Assembly (NCBI GenBank): GCA_965116305.1
Contig: OZ220673.1
Location: 1,379,362 to 1,443,361, forward strand
DNA length: 64,000 bases
Direction: 5' to 3'
Source of the DNA: Dehalococcoidia bacterium
Lineage (GTDB): Bacteria; Chloroflexota; Dehalococcoidia; Lucifugimonadales; Australimonadaceae
This document shows positions 35,488 to 45,561 of this stretch, one piece after another. How positions within the stretch are numbered: position 1 is the stretch's first letter; the number at the start of each line of letters is the position of its first letter. A model generated the notes under the pieces. It ran no database searches, had not been told where the DNA came from, and was given only the letters and a program-made list of their open reading frames with translations. Position numbers and translations under genes: made by a program.

Positions 35488-36759
35488 TTACGCCTTCGTC
35501 ACCGGCTTGGCGAGCGCGAACGCAACGAACGCGATCCCGAATACGCCCGCGAATATGGTGAACGACAGGTCGTAACTGCCCGTGATGTCCTTCAATATCC
35601 CCGCAAGTATCGGTCCCACCATACTTACCCCTGCCATGATGGGCGCCGCGAAGCCTCGTATCGTCCCGAAGGACCTGCGCCCGAAGTAGTTCGCGAACAT
35701 CATCCGGCTCACCACCGTCCACACTCCCAACGCGGAGCCGAACGCGACGCTGAACGCCACTGCCGTCGGGAACGAATCGACAGCTATCGCCAGCACCATC
35801 GCCGTGAGGTAGAAGAGCACCGATGTGAGCGCCAGATAGCGCGTGTGCACACGCTCCATCAGCAGTCCCCAGCCGAACACGGAGAGCGCCGCCACGGTCA
35901 GGTAGATCGTCACGGCCATCGCCGCCGAAAACTGCGACAGGCCCTTGTCCTGCAGGCTCACGTTGATGTGCAGGTTCGTCGCGTTCACCGCCAGCACCAC
36001 GGCGGCCTGCGCCACGATGAGGGCCCATAGCGTCACCGTCCGCTTCGCCTCCGCCAGGCTCCACAACTCCTCGCCGGCCTCCCCGGACACTTCTCCTACC
36101 TGCACGTCATGCGTGGGCTGGCGTCCGTCCGGCAGCAACCCATAGTCTTCGGGTCTGCGGCGCATGTACGCGGCACTCGGCAGCACGAGCGCGAGAAAGG
36201 CGAAACCCGCAAGCGCGAGCCACGCCTCGCGCCATCCGAGCCATGTCATGACCGCCACTATCGGAAGCGGCATGATGAATTGTCCTGTCCGCTGCCCCAC
36301 GCCCAACAGGCCCACCACGCGGCCACGCTTCTGTACGAACCACGACGCCAGCGCGACCATCGTTCCGAGTTGCGCGCCAGCCGCCGCTGTCCCGCGCGCC
36401 AGCCCGAAGAACCCCCAGAAGTGCCAGACCTGCGTCATCGCGGCGAGGCCCACCATGCAGCCCACGATGATCATCCCCGCCGCCACGGTGACGCCACGCG
36501 CGCCGCGCCTGTCGAGTATCCGCCCCACCCATACCGAGGAGATGCCGCCCAGTCCCGACCCCAGCGCGAAACCGATGCTGATGGACGTTGCAGACCAGCC
36601 CAACTCGTCCTGCATGGGGCGGACGAACACGCCCACGATGGGCCCCTGCATCGGGACGCTCGCCGCGGCGTTCAGCATGCTCGCGGTCATGATGGCCCAG
36701 CCGTAGTAGAGACGTGGGAACGGCCAGAAGCGGGATATACGAGGCTGCTGCATCGTCAT
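35488..36759 (-). CDS. MFS transporter
   Basis: ORF track 423 aa, about 12 TM, with motif GRILDRRGARG. Confidence 0.8.
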   Translation of the reverse strand: MTMQQPRISRFWPFPRLYYGWAIMTASMLNAAASVPMQGPIVGVFVRPMQDELGWSATSISIGFALGSGLGGISSVWVGRILDRRGARGVTVAAGMIIVGCMVGLAAMTQVWHFWGFFGLARGTAAAGAQLGTMVALASWFVQKRGRVVGLLGVGQRTGQFIMPLPIVAVMTWLGWREAWLALAGFAFLALVLPSAAYMRRRPEDYGLLPDGRQPTHDVQVGEVSGEAGEELWSLAEAKRTVTLWALIVAQAAVVLAVNATNLHINVSLQDKGLSQFSAAMAVTIYLTVAALSVFGWGLLMERVHTRYLALTSVLFYLTAMVLAIAVDSFPTAVAFSVAFGSALGVWTVVSRMMFANYFGRRSFGTIRGFAAPIMAGVSMVGPILAGILKDITGSYDLSFTIFAGVFGIAFVAFALAKPVTKA

Positions 36760-36846
36760 GGGAGTGCCGCAACCCTACCACTCGCGCGCAGCCCACGCCC
36801 GCGAACGGCTATACTCCCCACGCTCACCCTCCGTTCCGAGGCGCTC

Positions 36847-38022
36847 ATGCAACTGTCCGAAGACCAGCGCACGCTCGTCGCCACCGTCCGCGATTTCGTG
36901 AAGCGGGAGGTCATGCCCGCCGCGACCGAACTCGAACTCGCCGACGAGTACCCTCACGCCCTCGTGGCACAGATGCGCGAACTCGGCTTCTTCGGCGCGA
37001 CTATCCCGGAGGAGTACGGCGGCAGCGGCGCTGGCGCTGAAACCTACGCGCTGCTTATCGAGGAGCTGTCCAGGGGTTGGATGAGCCTCACCGGCGTCCT
37101 GAACACCCACCTCCTCGTCGCGCACATGATTCACACCTTCGGGACCCCGGACCAGAAGGAGCGCTTCCTGCCCGTCATGGCACAGGGAGAGCAGCGCGCC
37201 GCCCTCTGCATCACCGAACCCGACGCGGGAACGGACGTGGCTGCCGTCAAGACGAGCGCAGCCCGCGACGGCGACGACTATGTCGTGAACGGGCGCAAGA
37301 TGTTCATCACCAACGGCCGCTACGGCAGCATCTACGCCATCGTCTGCAAGACCGACCTGCACGCCGACCCACCCCATCGCGGCATCAGCATTCTCCTCGG
37401 CGAGAAGGGCCCCGGCCTCGACGTCGTCCGCGACATCCCCAAACTCGGCTATCGCGGGGTCGAGACCACGGAGATCGCGTTCGAGGACTTCCGGACCCCC
37501 GCCACGAACCTACTCGGCGGGACGGAGGGCGAGGGCTTCAGGCACGTCATGGGCGGGCTGGAGCTGGGACGCATCAACGTCGCTGCGAGGTCGGTCGGCG
37601 TGGCGCGCGCCGCGCTCGAGGCCGCGATGCAGTACGCGCAGCAGCGGCACACATTCGGCAAGCCTATCGCCGAGCACCAGGCGATACAGCAGAAGCTCGC
37701 CGACATGGCGACGCAGGTGAAGGCCGCGCACCTGCTGGTTATGGACGCCGCGCGCAAGAAGGACCTCGGCCAGCGCGTCGACCTCGAAGCGGGCATGGCC
37801 AAGCTCTTCGCCAGCGAGACATGCCTGAACGTCGCGACCGAGGCGATGCGCATCCACGGCGGCGTCGGCTACACGCAGGACCTCCCCATCGAGCGCTACT
37901 TCCGTGACGCCCCGCTCATGATCATCGGCGAGGGCACGAACGAGATACAGCGGCAGGTCATCGCCCGGAACCTCCTCCGCAACTACTCCTCCGGCGACTT
38001 CCTCTTCGAGGCCGGCCTGTGA
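36847..38022 (+). CDS. acyl-CoA dehydrogenase
   Basis: C-terminal 391 aa of the spurious ORF 36109..38022. Start is MQLSEDQRTLVATVRDFVKREV. Motifs are CITEPDAGTD and IGEGTNEIQR. Confidence 0.9.
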   Translation: MQLSEDQRTLVATVRDFVKREVMPAATELELADEYPHALVAQMRELGFFGATIPEEYGGSGAGAETYALLIEELSRGWMSLTGVLNTHLLVAHMIHTFGTPDQKERFLPVMAQGEQRAALCITEPDAGTDVAAVKTSAARDGDDYVVNGRKMFITNGRYGSIYAIVCKTDLHADPPHRGISILLGEKGPGLDVVRDIPKLGYRGVETTEIAFEDFRTPATNLLGGTEGEGFRHVMGGLELGRINVAARSVGVARAALEAAMQYAQQRHTFGKPIAEHQAIQQKLADMATQVKAAHLLVMDAARKKDLGQRVDLEAGMAKLFASETCLNVATEAMRIHGGVGYTQDLPIERYFRDAPLMIIGEGTNEIQRQVIARNLLRNYSSGDFLFEAGL

Positions 38023-39221
38023 GCATGCCCCTGGAAGACGTCCGCATCCTGGAGCTCACCGCCGTGCTCGGTGGGCCGCTCGCCGGGCGGCTGCTGGCCG
38101 ACCTCGGCGCGGACGTCATCAAGATCGAACAGCCCGGCTCCGGCGATGCGTCGCGCAAGCTCGGCCCCTACTTCCTGAACGGCGAGAGCGCCTACTTCCT
38201 CGGCTTCAACCGCAACAAGCGCAGCGTCACGCTCAACCTCCAGACCGACCTGGGGCGCGAGGCGTTCTACGCGCTCGCCGCGAAGGCCGACGTCGTGCTG
38301 GACAACTTCCGCCCCGGCGTCCTGGAACGGCTGCGTATCGATCACGAGACGCTCAAGAAGGTCAACCCGTCCATCATCTCCGCATCGCTCTCCGGCTTCG
38401 GGCAGGACGGCCCCTACTCCGGACGCCCCGCGTTCGACGGCGTCGTGCAGGCGCTCGGCGGCGCGATGAGCGTGACCGGCAACCCCGGCGACGACCCCGT
38501 CTACATGGGCTTCCCCATGGGCGACGTGGGCGGCGGCTGGGGTCTCGCGTTCGGCGTGCTCACTGCGCTCCACGAGCGCTCGCGCACGGGCGAAGGGAAG
38601 CGCGTGGACGTGAGCATGCTCGACATGCAGGTCTCGTTCCAGGCGCACCTGGCCGCGTTCTACCTCGCCTCCGGAGTCACCCCGCAACCCATCGGCTCCG
38701 GCCATCCGAGCAATATCCCGGCCAAGGCGTTCCGCGCCAGCGATGACAGGTGGGTGCAGATCCACTGCAGCACCGAGCCGTTCTGGTTCAAGACTGCCGA
38801 TATGATGGCCGCAACCGTCCCAGGTTTCGAATCGCTGCCGGACGACCCCCGCTTCAAGACCGCCGATGGACGGATGAAGCACCGCGGCGAGCTGGAGGAC
38901 CTGCTCGCGGAGGCCGTCCGTCAGAAGACGCAGGAGGAATGGCGCAGCCTGTTCGCTGAGTGGGACGTTCCCGGCGCGCCGATCAACGACATCGCGGACG
39001 TCTACCAGGACCCCCAAGTGCTCCACCGCAACATGCTCGTGGAGATAGACCACCCGACGGCAGGGCGCATCCGCACAGGTGGCAATCCCATCAAGACCGG
39101 CCACGTGGAGCGTTTCACGCCACCGCCGACGCTCGGACAGCACACCGTCGAGGTGCTCCGCGAGATCGCAGGCTACACGGACGCCCAGCTGGACGCCCTG
39201 CGGGCCGCGCAGGCGATATAG
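38019..39221 (+). CDS. family III CoA-transferase (CaiB/BaiF-like)
   Basis: ORF track 400 aa. Motifs are LAGRLLADLGADVIKIE and GFNRNKRS. The GTG start overlaps the ACAD stop (ATG at 38025 is an alternative). Confidence 0.85.
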   Translation: MSMPLEDVRILELTAVLGGPLAGRLLADLGADVIKIEQPGSGDASRKLGPYFLNGESAYFLGFNRNKRSVTLNLQTDLGREAFYALAAKADVVLDNFRPGVLERLRIDHETLKKVNPSIISASLSGFGQDGPYSGRPAFDGVVQALGGAMSVTGNPGDDPVYMGFPMGDVGGGWGLAFGVLTALHERSRTGEGKRVDVSMLDMQVSFQAHLAAFYLASGVTPQPIGSGHPSNIPAKAFRASDDRWVQIHCSTEPFWFKTADMMAATVPGFESLPDDPRFKTADGRMKHRGELEDLLAEAVRQKTQEEWRSLFAEWDVPGAPINDIADVYQDPQVLHRNMLVEIDHPTAGRIRTGGNPIKTGHVERFTPPPTLGQHTVEVLREIAGYTDAQLDALRAAQAI

Positions 39222-39235
39222 GCCGGCGCGGCGTC

Positions 39236-40492
39236 ATGCAGACCAAGCAATCGCCCGCACCGGACATCGCCAGGCTCGCCATCCCCATCGCCCTCATCTT
39301 CTTCATGTGGGGGTTCGGCACCGGCGCACTGTGGGTGGCGCGTCCCCTCTTCGCCCTCGCGCTGGGTGGGACGCTGCTGCAGGTCGGTCTCGTCTCGTCC
39401 CTGAGCGCGATGCCACGCCTCATCTCCGGTCCCATCGCCGGCCTCCTCTCCGACCGCTGGGGCAGACGCCCCATGCTCATCCTGGGCGCGGTCGGGCACG
39501 GCTTGATCCTCGTCGGCCAGTTCGCAACCACCAACTACGTGCACTACGCCCTACTCGAAGCGCTGGCGGGCATCACCATCGCCATCTGGACGATCAGCTC
39601 CAGCGTCCTGATCGCCGATCTCACGAAGATCGCGAACCGGGGGCGCACGGTCGCCTTCCGCGACACGGCGATGCGGCTGGGGATGCTGGCGGGCCCGCTC
39701 GTCGGCGGGTTCATCGCCGCGCAGTTCGAGTTGCGGTGGGTATTCATCTTCATCGCGTCCACCAAAGTCGTCGCCATCTTCATCGTGCTGTTCCTCATCC
39801 CGGAGACGAGCCCCGTTCGCACCCTGCGTGAGCCCGTTGCTCGGCGCGGCAAGGCGCGGAGCGCAGGCGGCGGCATCCCGTGGGCGATGTTCCGCACGAG
39901 GTCGTTCGTGGCGATCGCCGCCGCCACTATATGCTTCGGCATGATCGGGCTGGGGCCCGGCATCTTCCGAACGTACTACCCCATCCACGCCCAGGAGACG
40001 CTGATGCTCTCCCCGGCCGTCATCGGCAACCTCGTGGCCATGGGGGCGGTCCTGACGATGCTCGCGGCGGCCCCCACCGGCTTCGCGGTCGACCGCTTCG
40101 GGCGCAAGTGGCCGCTCGTGTTCGGCCTCGTTTTGCTCGGCGGCTCCGTCTACCTGCTGGGGGCGTCGACAGCCTTCATCGGCATCGCGGTAGCCTTTGC
40201 CGTCTTCGCCATCGCGGAGGGGATGAACACGAACACCAATCAGACGTATGCGATGGACCTCGCACCGACAGAACAGCGTGGCGTCTTCCTGAGCGCCTTC
40301 CACATGGCGACGAGCGCCGGCATGATGGTCGGGCCGCTGCTCGCCGGGCTGCTAGCCGGACGTTTAGGCTTGGAGACCACGCTCCTCATCTTCGTAGGCG
40401 TCGCCGCGGGATGCATCCTGCTGTTCGTCGTGCTCGCTCAGGAAACGCTGCGACGGGAACCGGCGCAGGAAACCGCCTCTACCGCACGGTAG
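39236..40492 (+). CDS. MFS transporter
   Basis: ORF track 38960..40492 trimmed to MQTKQSPAPDIARLAIPIALIFFMWGF. MFS loop is GLLSDRWGRRPML. Confidence 0.8.
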   Translation: MQTKQSPAPDIARLAIPIALIFFMWGFGTGALWVARPLFALALGGTLLQVGLVSSLSAMPRLISGPIAGLLSDRWGRRPMLILGAVGHGLILVGQFATTNYVHYALLEALAGITIAIWTISSSVLIADLTKIANRGRTVAFRDTAMRLGMLAGPLVGGFIAAQFELRWVFIFIASTKVVAIFIVLFLIPETSPVRTLREPVARRGKARSAGGGIPWAMFRTRSFVAIAAATICFGMIGLGPGIFRTYYPIHAQETLMLSPAVIGNLVAMGAVLTMLAAAPTGFAVDRFGRKWPLVFGLVLLGGSVYLLGASTAFIGIAVAFAVFAIAEGMNTNTNQTYAMDLAPTEQRGVFLSAFHMATSAGMMVGPLLAGLLAGRLGLETTLLIFVGVAAGCILLFVVLAQETLRREPAQETASTAR

Positions 40493-41600
40493 CGTACCCG
40501 CCCGGTACGCCGCGCTTCGCCAGCACGATCTGCCACAGTTGGATGTTGCGCGCCCGGAACCCGCCCGCGCACGAGAGCAGGTAGAACTTCCACATGCGGT
40601 AGAACCGCTCGCTGTAGCGCTCCTTCAGCGAGTCCCAGTTGCTGCGGAACTTCTCGTACCACGCCACCAGGGTCTTGTCGTAGTCCGCGCCGAAGTTGTG
40701 CCAGTCCTCCACTACGAACAGCCCCTCGATCGCCCCGCCTATCTGAGAGACCGACGGCAGCACGCCGTTCACGAAGATGTACTTGTCCATCCACGGGTCT
40801 ATCGCATTCGAGGACTTGTTGGCGCCTATCGTGTGCAGGAGGAAGAAGCCTCCGTCTTTCAGCAGACGCTCTGCCGTCTCAAAGTACGCGCGGTAGTTCT
40901 TCGGCCCCACGTGCTCGAACATCCCCATCGAAACGACATGGTCGAACGACCCGGTCGCGTCGCGGTAGTCCTTCAGCATCCCCGAGACCGGCAGGTGGCT
41001 GTAGCGCTCGGCGATGTAGTTCACCTGCTCCTCGGAGATGGTGACGCCCGTGCAGCGCGCGCCGTACTTCTCCGCAGCGAACCCCATGAACGCCCCCCAA
41101 CCGCAGCCGATGTCGAACACCGACTGCCCCGCCTGCAGCCCGATCTTGCGACAGATGAGGTCCAGCTTCGCGTCCTGCGCTGCATCGAGGTCGGTCGCCT
41201 CCTTCCAGTAGCCGCAACTGCCCGTGAGGCGAGAGTCGAACGTCGCAGCGAAGAGGTCGTTGCCGAGGTTGTAGTGCTGATCGCCCACGTCCCACGCGCG
41301 CTTCTTGCTCTGGCGGTTCATCCAGCGAGCGGCCAGCGCGAGTTTCACTGTGTTGAGGTTGCGCCGGAGGTTGTGCTGCACGCCCGAGCCGAGGATGCGC
41401 GCCATCGTCTCGTCCAACTGCCCGGAGTCCCACCAGCCATCCATATACGATTCACCGAACCCGAGTGAGCCTTCCGCGAACACGCGTGCGAACAGCCGCT
41501 CGTCGTACACCTGGATGTCCCACGGCTCGGGGCCGTTTATCGCCACCTCCGCCTGTGCCAGGAGGCGTTCTGCCTGCTCTCTGAACTTCGCATTCGCCAT
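40479..41600 (-). CDS. cfa: cyclopropane-fatty-acyl-phospholipid synthase family SAM-dependent methyltransferase
   Basis: ORF track 373 aa. Motifs are HYNLGNDLF, the SAM motif VFDIGCGWG, and C-terminal FYRMWKFYLLSCAGGFRARNIQLWQ. Confidence 0.85.
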   Translation of the reverse strand: MANAKFREQAERLLAQAEVAINGPEPWDIQVYDERLFARVFAEGSLGFGESYMDGWWDSGQLDETMARILGSGVQHNLRRNLNTVKLALAARWMNRQSKKRAWDVGDQHYNLGNDLFAATFDSRLTGSCGYWKEATDLDAAQDAKLDLICRKIGLQAGQSVFDIGCGWGAFMGFAAEKYGARCTGVTISEEQVNYIAERYSHLPVSGMLKDYRDATGSFDHVVSMGMFEHVGPKNYRAYFETAERLLKDGGFFLLHTIGANKSSNAIDPWMDKYIFVNGVLPSVSQIGGAIEGLFVVEDWHNFGADYDKTLVAWYEKFRSNWDSLKERYSERFYRMWKFYLLSCAGGFRARNIQLWQIVLAKRGVPGGYATVR

Positions 41601-41750
41601 GTGGGTCGTAGCGCTCCTTACCCCTCTGTCGGCGAGAGAGTATAGCGCGCCGCGCGACGGTATGCGTACGTCGAGATTCTCCGTTGTATGACACTGTCAC
41701 GCACAGGCGTATACTCACGGACGTACCCGCGTGTGCCAGAGGAGGGGACC

Positions 41751-42872
41751 ATGCCAGGAATCGTCGACGCAGACACCCACATCATCGAACACCCCGGCGT
41801 CTGGGAACACTTCGACGCCGACATGTACGACCGCAGGCCCCTGCTCGCCTCCATCCCGCTCGACGGCGAGGACGGCCCCCGCGACTTCGTCTGGATGGTC
41901 AACGGCACCGCCGTCCCGAAGCGCTCCGGTAAGGGCAGCTACGCCGTTGCCGTCGGCGGCTCCGACTCCGAGAACGCCCGCACCGACATCCGCGCCTCCG
42001 TGCGCTACATCACCGACCCCCTGGCGCGCGTCGAGGACATGGACATGCGCGGCGTCGACTCCGAGGTCGTCTTCCCCACCGTCCTCCTCGCCTACATCAC
42101 CGACGACGTCGACCTTGAGATCGCCATCTGCCGTGCCTACAACCGCTACATGGCCAACGCCTGGCGCGTGGCCGGCGACCGCATGGCGTGGGTCGTCGTG
42201 CCCCCGCTGCGCGACATCGAGGCGTCGCTGCAGGAGATCGAGACGGCGCGCGACAACGGCGCGGTCGGCGTCTTCTTCCGCGGCGTCGAGGGCGACCGCT
42301 CCCTCGCGGAGTCGTACTTTTTCCCCATCTACGAGGCGGCGCAGCGGCTCGGCATGGCCATCAGCATCCACACCGGCGGCGGCTCGCCCGGCATGCTGCA
42401 GGTGTTCGACCGAAACGTCTCGCACAACCTGCCGCACGTCCGTTCGCTCCCGCTCTTCGCGTTCCGCGACCTCGTCGCGCACAAGATACCGGAGCGCTTC
42501 CCCGACCTGACGTTCGGCTTCATCGAGGCGTCGGCGTCGTGGGTGCCCTACGTCGTGCACCACCTGCGGCGCTCCACCCGCACCTCGGAGCGCGGGATCG
42601 GCCGGGCCAACCCCGACTCCGCGCTCGACTTCGGCCCCGCTCTCTTCCGCGACTACCGGCTCTTCATCGCCGCCGAGACCGATGAGGACATCCCCTACCT
42701 CATCACCTACATCGGCGAGGACAACATCATCATGGGGTCGGACTACGGTCACCAGGACCAGTCGAAGGACAACGGCATGGTCGGCGTCATGCAGCGCCGC
42801 GAGGACCTCCCCGCCCATATCGTCGAGAAGATCCTCGCCGACAACCCCACGCGGTACTACGGGCTGGGCTAA
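41751..42872 (+). CDS. amidohydrolase_2 family protein
   Basis: ORF track 41688..42872 trimmed to MPGIVDADTHIIEHPG, with GAGGAGGGG upstream. The C-terminal motif is MGSDYGHQD. Confidence 0.8.
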   Translation: MPGIVDADTHIIEHPGVWEHFDADMYDRRPLLASIPLDGEDGPRDFVWMVNGTAVPKRSGKGSYAVAVGGSDSENARTDIRASVRYITDPLARVEDMDMRGVDSEVVFPTVLLAYITDDVDLEIAICRAYNRYMANAWRVAGDRMAWVVVPPLRDIEASLQEIETARDNGAVGVFFRGVEGDRSLAESYFFPIYEAAQRLGMAISIHTGGGSPGMLQVFDRNVSHNLPHVRSLPLFAFRDLVAHKIPERFPDLTFGFIEASASWVPYVVHHLRRSTRTSERGIGRANPDSALDFGPALFRDYRLFIAAETDEDIPYLITYIGEDNIIMGSDYGHQDQSKDNGMVGVMQRREDLPAHIVEKILADNPTRYYGLG

Positions 42873-42959
42873 ACCTCGTCATTCCCACCCCTTTCCGCCA
42901 TTCCCGCGAAGGCGGGAATCCAGAACCACCGCGAGTAGGGCGGGTGAGGGAGGAGCCCC
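42873..42959. repeat. REP-like element cluster between convergent amidohydrolase genes
   Basis: Contains GTCATTCCCAC, the hairpin ATTCCCGCgaagGCGGGAAT (42900..42919), and GGGTGAGGG. Confidence 0.7.
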
Positions 42960-43973
42960 CTACCCGTCCAGCTTGAGCAGCCTGCGTGCATTCCCCTCGT
43001 AGATCTTCTGCTTGTCCTCGATGCTTGCCGTGATGCCGTCCATCACCGCGAGCGTCGACCGGATGTAGCCGGAGCCCTTCTCCGGGTCGAACGGCGCGTC
43101 CGACGCGAAGAGCACATGGTCCGCTCCGAAGAACGCCAGCCCGCACTCCGTCGCCGGAACGGAGCCGAACGTCGCCGTGTCCGCGTAGAACATGCGGAAG
43201 TAGTCGTACGGGCGCTTCGCCAGCCGCCCGAGCGTGCCCGCCTCGTGCGGGTCGTCACTGCGGCGCCCGAGCTGGTCGAGGCCGGGCCCGACGCGCCCCT
43301 CGAAGAACGGCACCATGCCGCCGAGGTGGTGCGTGATGATCTTGATGTCCGGGTATTTGTCGAACAGGCCGGACATGACGATGCGCCCCATCGCGACGCT
43401 CGTCTCGTACGGCCAGCCGAACGCCCACCACATGTCGTACCAGGAGCGCTCCTCCGTCACGTAGTCGGAAAACTCGGCGGAGCGCGTCGGGTGCAGCCAG
43501 ATCGGCAGATCGAGCTCGGCCATCTTGTCGAACACCGGCGCAAGCTCGGGGTCGTCCAGCGGGCGGCCGTTCACGTTCGTGAATATCTGCACGCCCTTCG
43601 CGCCTAGCTTGTTGATGGAGCGGTCGATCTCGTCCAGTGTGGCCTGCGTGTTGTTCATCGGCAGCGCCGCGACGAACCCGGGGAACCGGTCCGGGTGCTG
43701 CGAAACGACCTCCGCCATGCCGTCGTTGGCGATCTGCGCGAGCTCCGGGCTGTCTTCCGGCCCCGCGACCACCTCGACGGGCGGCAGGTTCAGCGAGAAC
43801 ACCTGCTTGTAGTCGTCGCCGAACTGGTCGATCTTTTCGAACCGCGCGTCGACGTCGTACAGCATGGGGATGGCGGAGACGCGCTTCATCATGTACGCGC
43901 CGCCTTCGCTCATGTTCGTCATCGTGTCGAAGTAGGGCTTGGGCAGAATGTGGTTGAAGATGTCTATCTTCAC
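42960..43973 (-). CDS. amidohydrolase_2 family protein
   Basis: ORF track 42960..44015. I prefer GTG at 43973 (ACGGAGGA 5 nt upstream), giving VKIDIFNHILP. Other motifs are ...ITHHLGG... and FASDAPF. Confidence 0.8.
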   Translation of the reverse strand: MKIDIFNHILPKPYFDTMTNMSEGGAYMMKRVSAIPMLYDVDARFEKIDQFGDDYKQVFSLNLPPVEVVAGPEDSPELAQIANDGMAEVVSQHPDRFPGFVAALPMNNTQATLDEIDRSINKLGAKGVQIFTNVNGRPLDDPELAPVFDKMAELDLPIWLHPTRSAEFSDYVTEERSWYDMWWAFGWPYETSVAMGRIVMSGLFDKYPDIKIITHHLGGMVPFFEGRVGPGLDQLGRRSDDPHEAGTLGRLAKRPYDYFRMFYADTATFGSVPATECGLAFFGADHVLFASDAPFDPEKGSGYIRSTLAVMDGITASIEDKQKIYEGNARRLLKLDG

Positions 43974-44068
43974 GTAGTCCTCCGTTGGGCGCGCCTTGTG
44001 GCGGGCCGTTATCATCCGGCTAACCCTAAGCCCTCACCCCCTCGCGGGTCAAAGGATAGGAGTAGCCC

Positions 44069-44842
44069 GTGCAGGTACGTATCGTCGGCGCGCACAGCCT
44101 GGACTCGAAGCACGCCCACCACAACTGCTTCCTCATCGACGAGCACATCGCCGTCGACGCCGGAAGCATCATGAGCGCGCTCGCCGTTGATGAGCAGGAG
44201 CGCATCAAGGCCGTCCTCCTCACCCACCACCACTTCGACCACTGTCGCGACCTGCCGACGCTTGCGCTGGACTCCCGCGACGCCGGCAGGACCGTCCAGG
44301 TGCACGGCGAACCGCCCGCGCTGCGGGTCACCAACACCCAACTGCTGGACGGACGCATCTATGTCGACGCCACCAGGGCCCCGGAGCCCGGCGTCTCCCC
44401 TCCCTTCTCGCTCCGCCCCTTTGGGGTCGGCGAGACGCATGAGGTGCTCGGCTATCGCGTCTCCAGTGTGCGCGTCGATCACCCTGTTCCGACGATGGGC
44501 TACGTCGTAAGCGCGGGCGGACTGAGTGTCGGCTTCTCCGGCGACACCGGCGGCGCACTGATGGGCTTCTTCACGCACCCCACGCCGCCGGACGTGCTGC
44601 TGATCGACGTCAAGTGGCCGGAGCGCATGCGCGCCTCGGCCGAGGCGTCGGGTCACATGACTCCCGGCATGCTGCGTGAGGAGCTGCTCGCGGCGAAGGA
44701 GGCGGGCGTCGCGTTGCCGAAGCTCCTCGCCGTCCACCGCTCGCTCCGCGAGGAGCCGGAACTACTGCGCGAACTCGCCGCACTCCAGGCCGAGCTGAAC
44801 GTCGACCTGGAGCCCGGGTACGAGGACATGGTCATCGGCTAG
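44069..44842 (+). CDS. metallo-beta-lactamase-fold hydrolase
   Basis: ORF track 257 aa with the THHHFDH motif. GTG start. Confidence 0.75.
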   Translation: MQVRIVGAHSLDSKHAHHNCFLIDEHIAVDAGSIMSALAVDEQERIKAVLLTHHHFDHCRDLPTLALDSRDAGRTVQVHGEPPALRVTNTQLLDGRIYVDATRAPEPGVSPPFSLRPFGVGETHEVLGYRVSSVRVDHPVPTMGYVVSAGGLSVGFSGDTGGALMGFFTHPTPPDVLLIDVKWPERMRASAEASGHMTPGMLREELLAAKEAGVALPKLLAVHRSLREEPELLRELAALQAELNVDLEPGYEDMVIG

Positions 44843-44903
44843 GAACCCCGTTTAGTATGGACAGGTCATCCCGAAGTTGAGCATGAAGCAGATCCACAGG
44901 GGC

Positions 44904-44968
44904 TCATCAGCGTCGACGAGCGCTTCTTCGAGCCACTGCCTGAAGAGGAACTGGAGCTCTGGGGTGTT
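44904..44968 (+). pseudogene. remnant of the 3' end of a Phd/YefM-type antitoxin gene
   Basis: A ~65-nt stretch reads (L)ISVDERFFEPLPEEELELWGV. It matches 45491..45555 of the intact antitoxin gene with about 6 substitutions, counted by eye. No upstream antitoxin body and no downstream toxin are present. Confidence 0.7.
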
Positions 44969-45025
44969 CGACTTGTCAGTACCGCTGACAAAAGTCAGGC
45001 TGTGCTCAAGGAGTCCTGAGTCGCC

Positions 45026-45235
45026 ATGAAGCGAATACTGCTCAACCTGCTATTGACACCGTTCCGGGTGGCGTTTTGGGTATGGCGGATCGATAGGGAC
45101 GCTCAGGAGTGCCAGCGGAACATTCAGCAATGGCAGCGGCAGGCAGCGGTAATCGACAGGGAGATGCGTGAGGCGAACGGTGGCAAGCGCGGGCGGCAGT
45201 ACCAGGGCCTACGCGGTAAGTGGCCTTCCCCTTAG
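45026..45235 (+). CDS. small hypothetical protein (N-terminal hydrophobic helix, Gln/Arg-rich tail)
   Basis: ORF track 69 aa, in a lower-GC segment. AAGGAG lies 12 nt upstream. No family recognised. Confidence 0.3.
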   Translation: MKRILLNLLLTPFRVAFWVWRIDRDAQECQRNIQQWQRQAAVIDREMREANGGKRGRQYQGLRGKWPSP

Positions 45236-45294
45236 CCTCCGGCCAACCGACTAGGTAGTTACCTTCCGTTGATGTAACGCTGTGATTAGTCATA

Positions 45295-45308
45295 TACTTA
45301 GCTAAGTA
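45295..45308. promoter_or_regulatory. candidate operator: perfect 14-bp palindrome TACTTAGCTAAGTA upstream of the Phd-like antitoxin gene
   Basis: Read directly, 20 nt upstream of the ATG at 45328 in an AT-rich leader. Confidence 0.5.
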
Positions 45309-45327
45309 CAGTTCGCAGGATAGACCC

Positions 45328-45558
45328 ATGACCACCGTGAACGTCCACGAAGCGAAGTCCCAACTCTCCCGCCTGCTCGCGCAGGTCGAGGCCGGCGAGG
45401 AAGTCACCATCGCCCGCAACGGCAAGCCCGTAGCCAAGCTGGTGAGCTGTCAGCCCAAGCCCAAACGGCAGCCCGATACTCTAAAGGGAATCATCAGCAT
45501 CGACGAGCGCTTCTTCGAGCCACTGCCGGAGGAGGAGTTGGAGCTCTGGGGCGTTTGA
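45328..45558 (+). CDS. Phd/YefM-type (prevent-host-death family) antitoxin
   Basis: ORF track 76 aa. MTTVNVHEAKSQLSRLLAQVEAGEEVTIARNGKPVAKLV is the canonical Phd-family N-terminus. Confidence 0.85.
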   Translation: MTTVNVHEAKSQLSRLLAQVEAGEEVTIARNGKPVAKLVSCQPKPKRQPDTLKGIISIDERFFEPLPEEELELWGV

Positions 45559-45561
45559 TCG

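Noticed and set aside
36109-36846. N-terminal 246-aa extension of the acyl-CoA dehydrogenase ORF
   Set aside because: The extension is Arg/His/Pro-rich, and most of it (up to 36759) lies antisense to the MFS transporter gene at 35488..36759. A canonical ACAD N-terminus begins at the Met at 36847.
45042-45437. 131-aa minus-strand ORF overlapping the Phd antitoxin start and the orphan 69-aa ORF
   Set aside because: It has no RBS and a low-complexity Ala/Ser/Pro-rich translation. It lies antisense to a confidently identified antitoxin gene.
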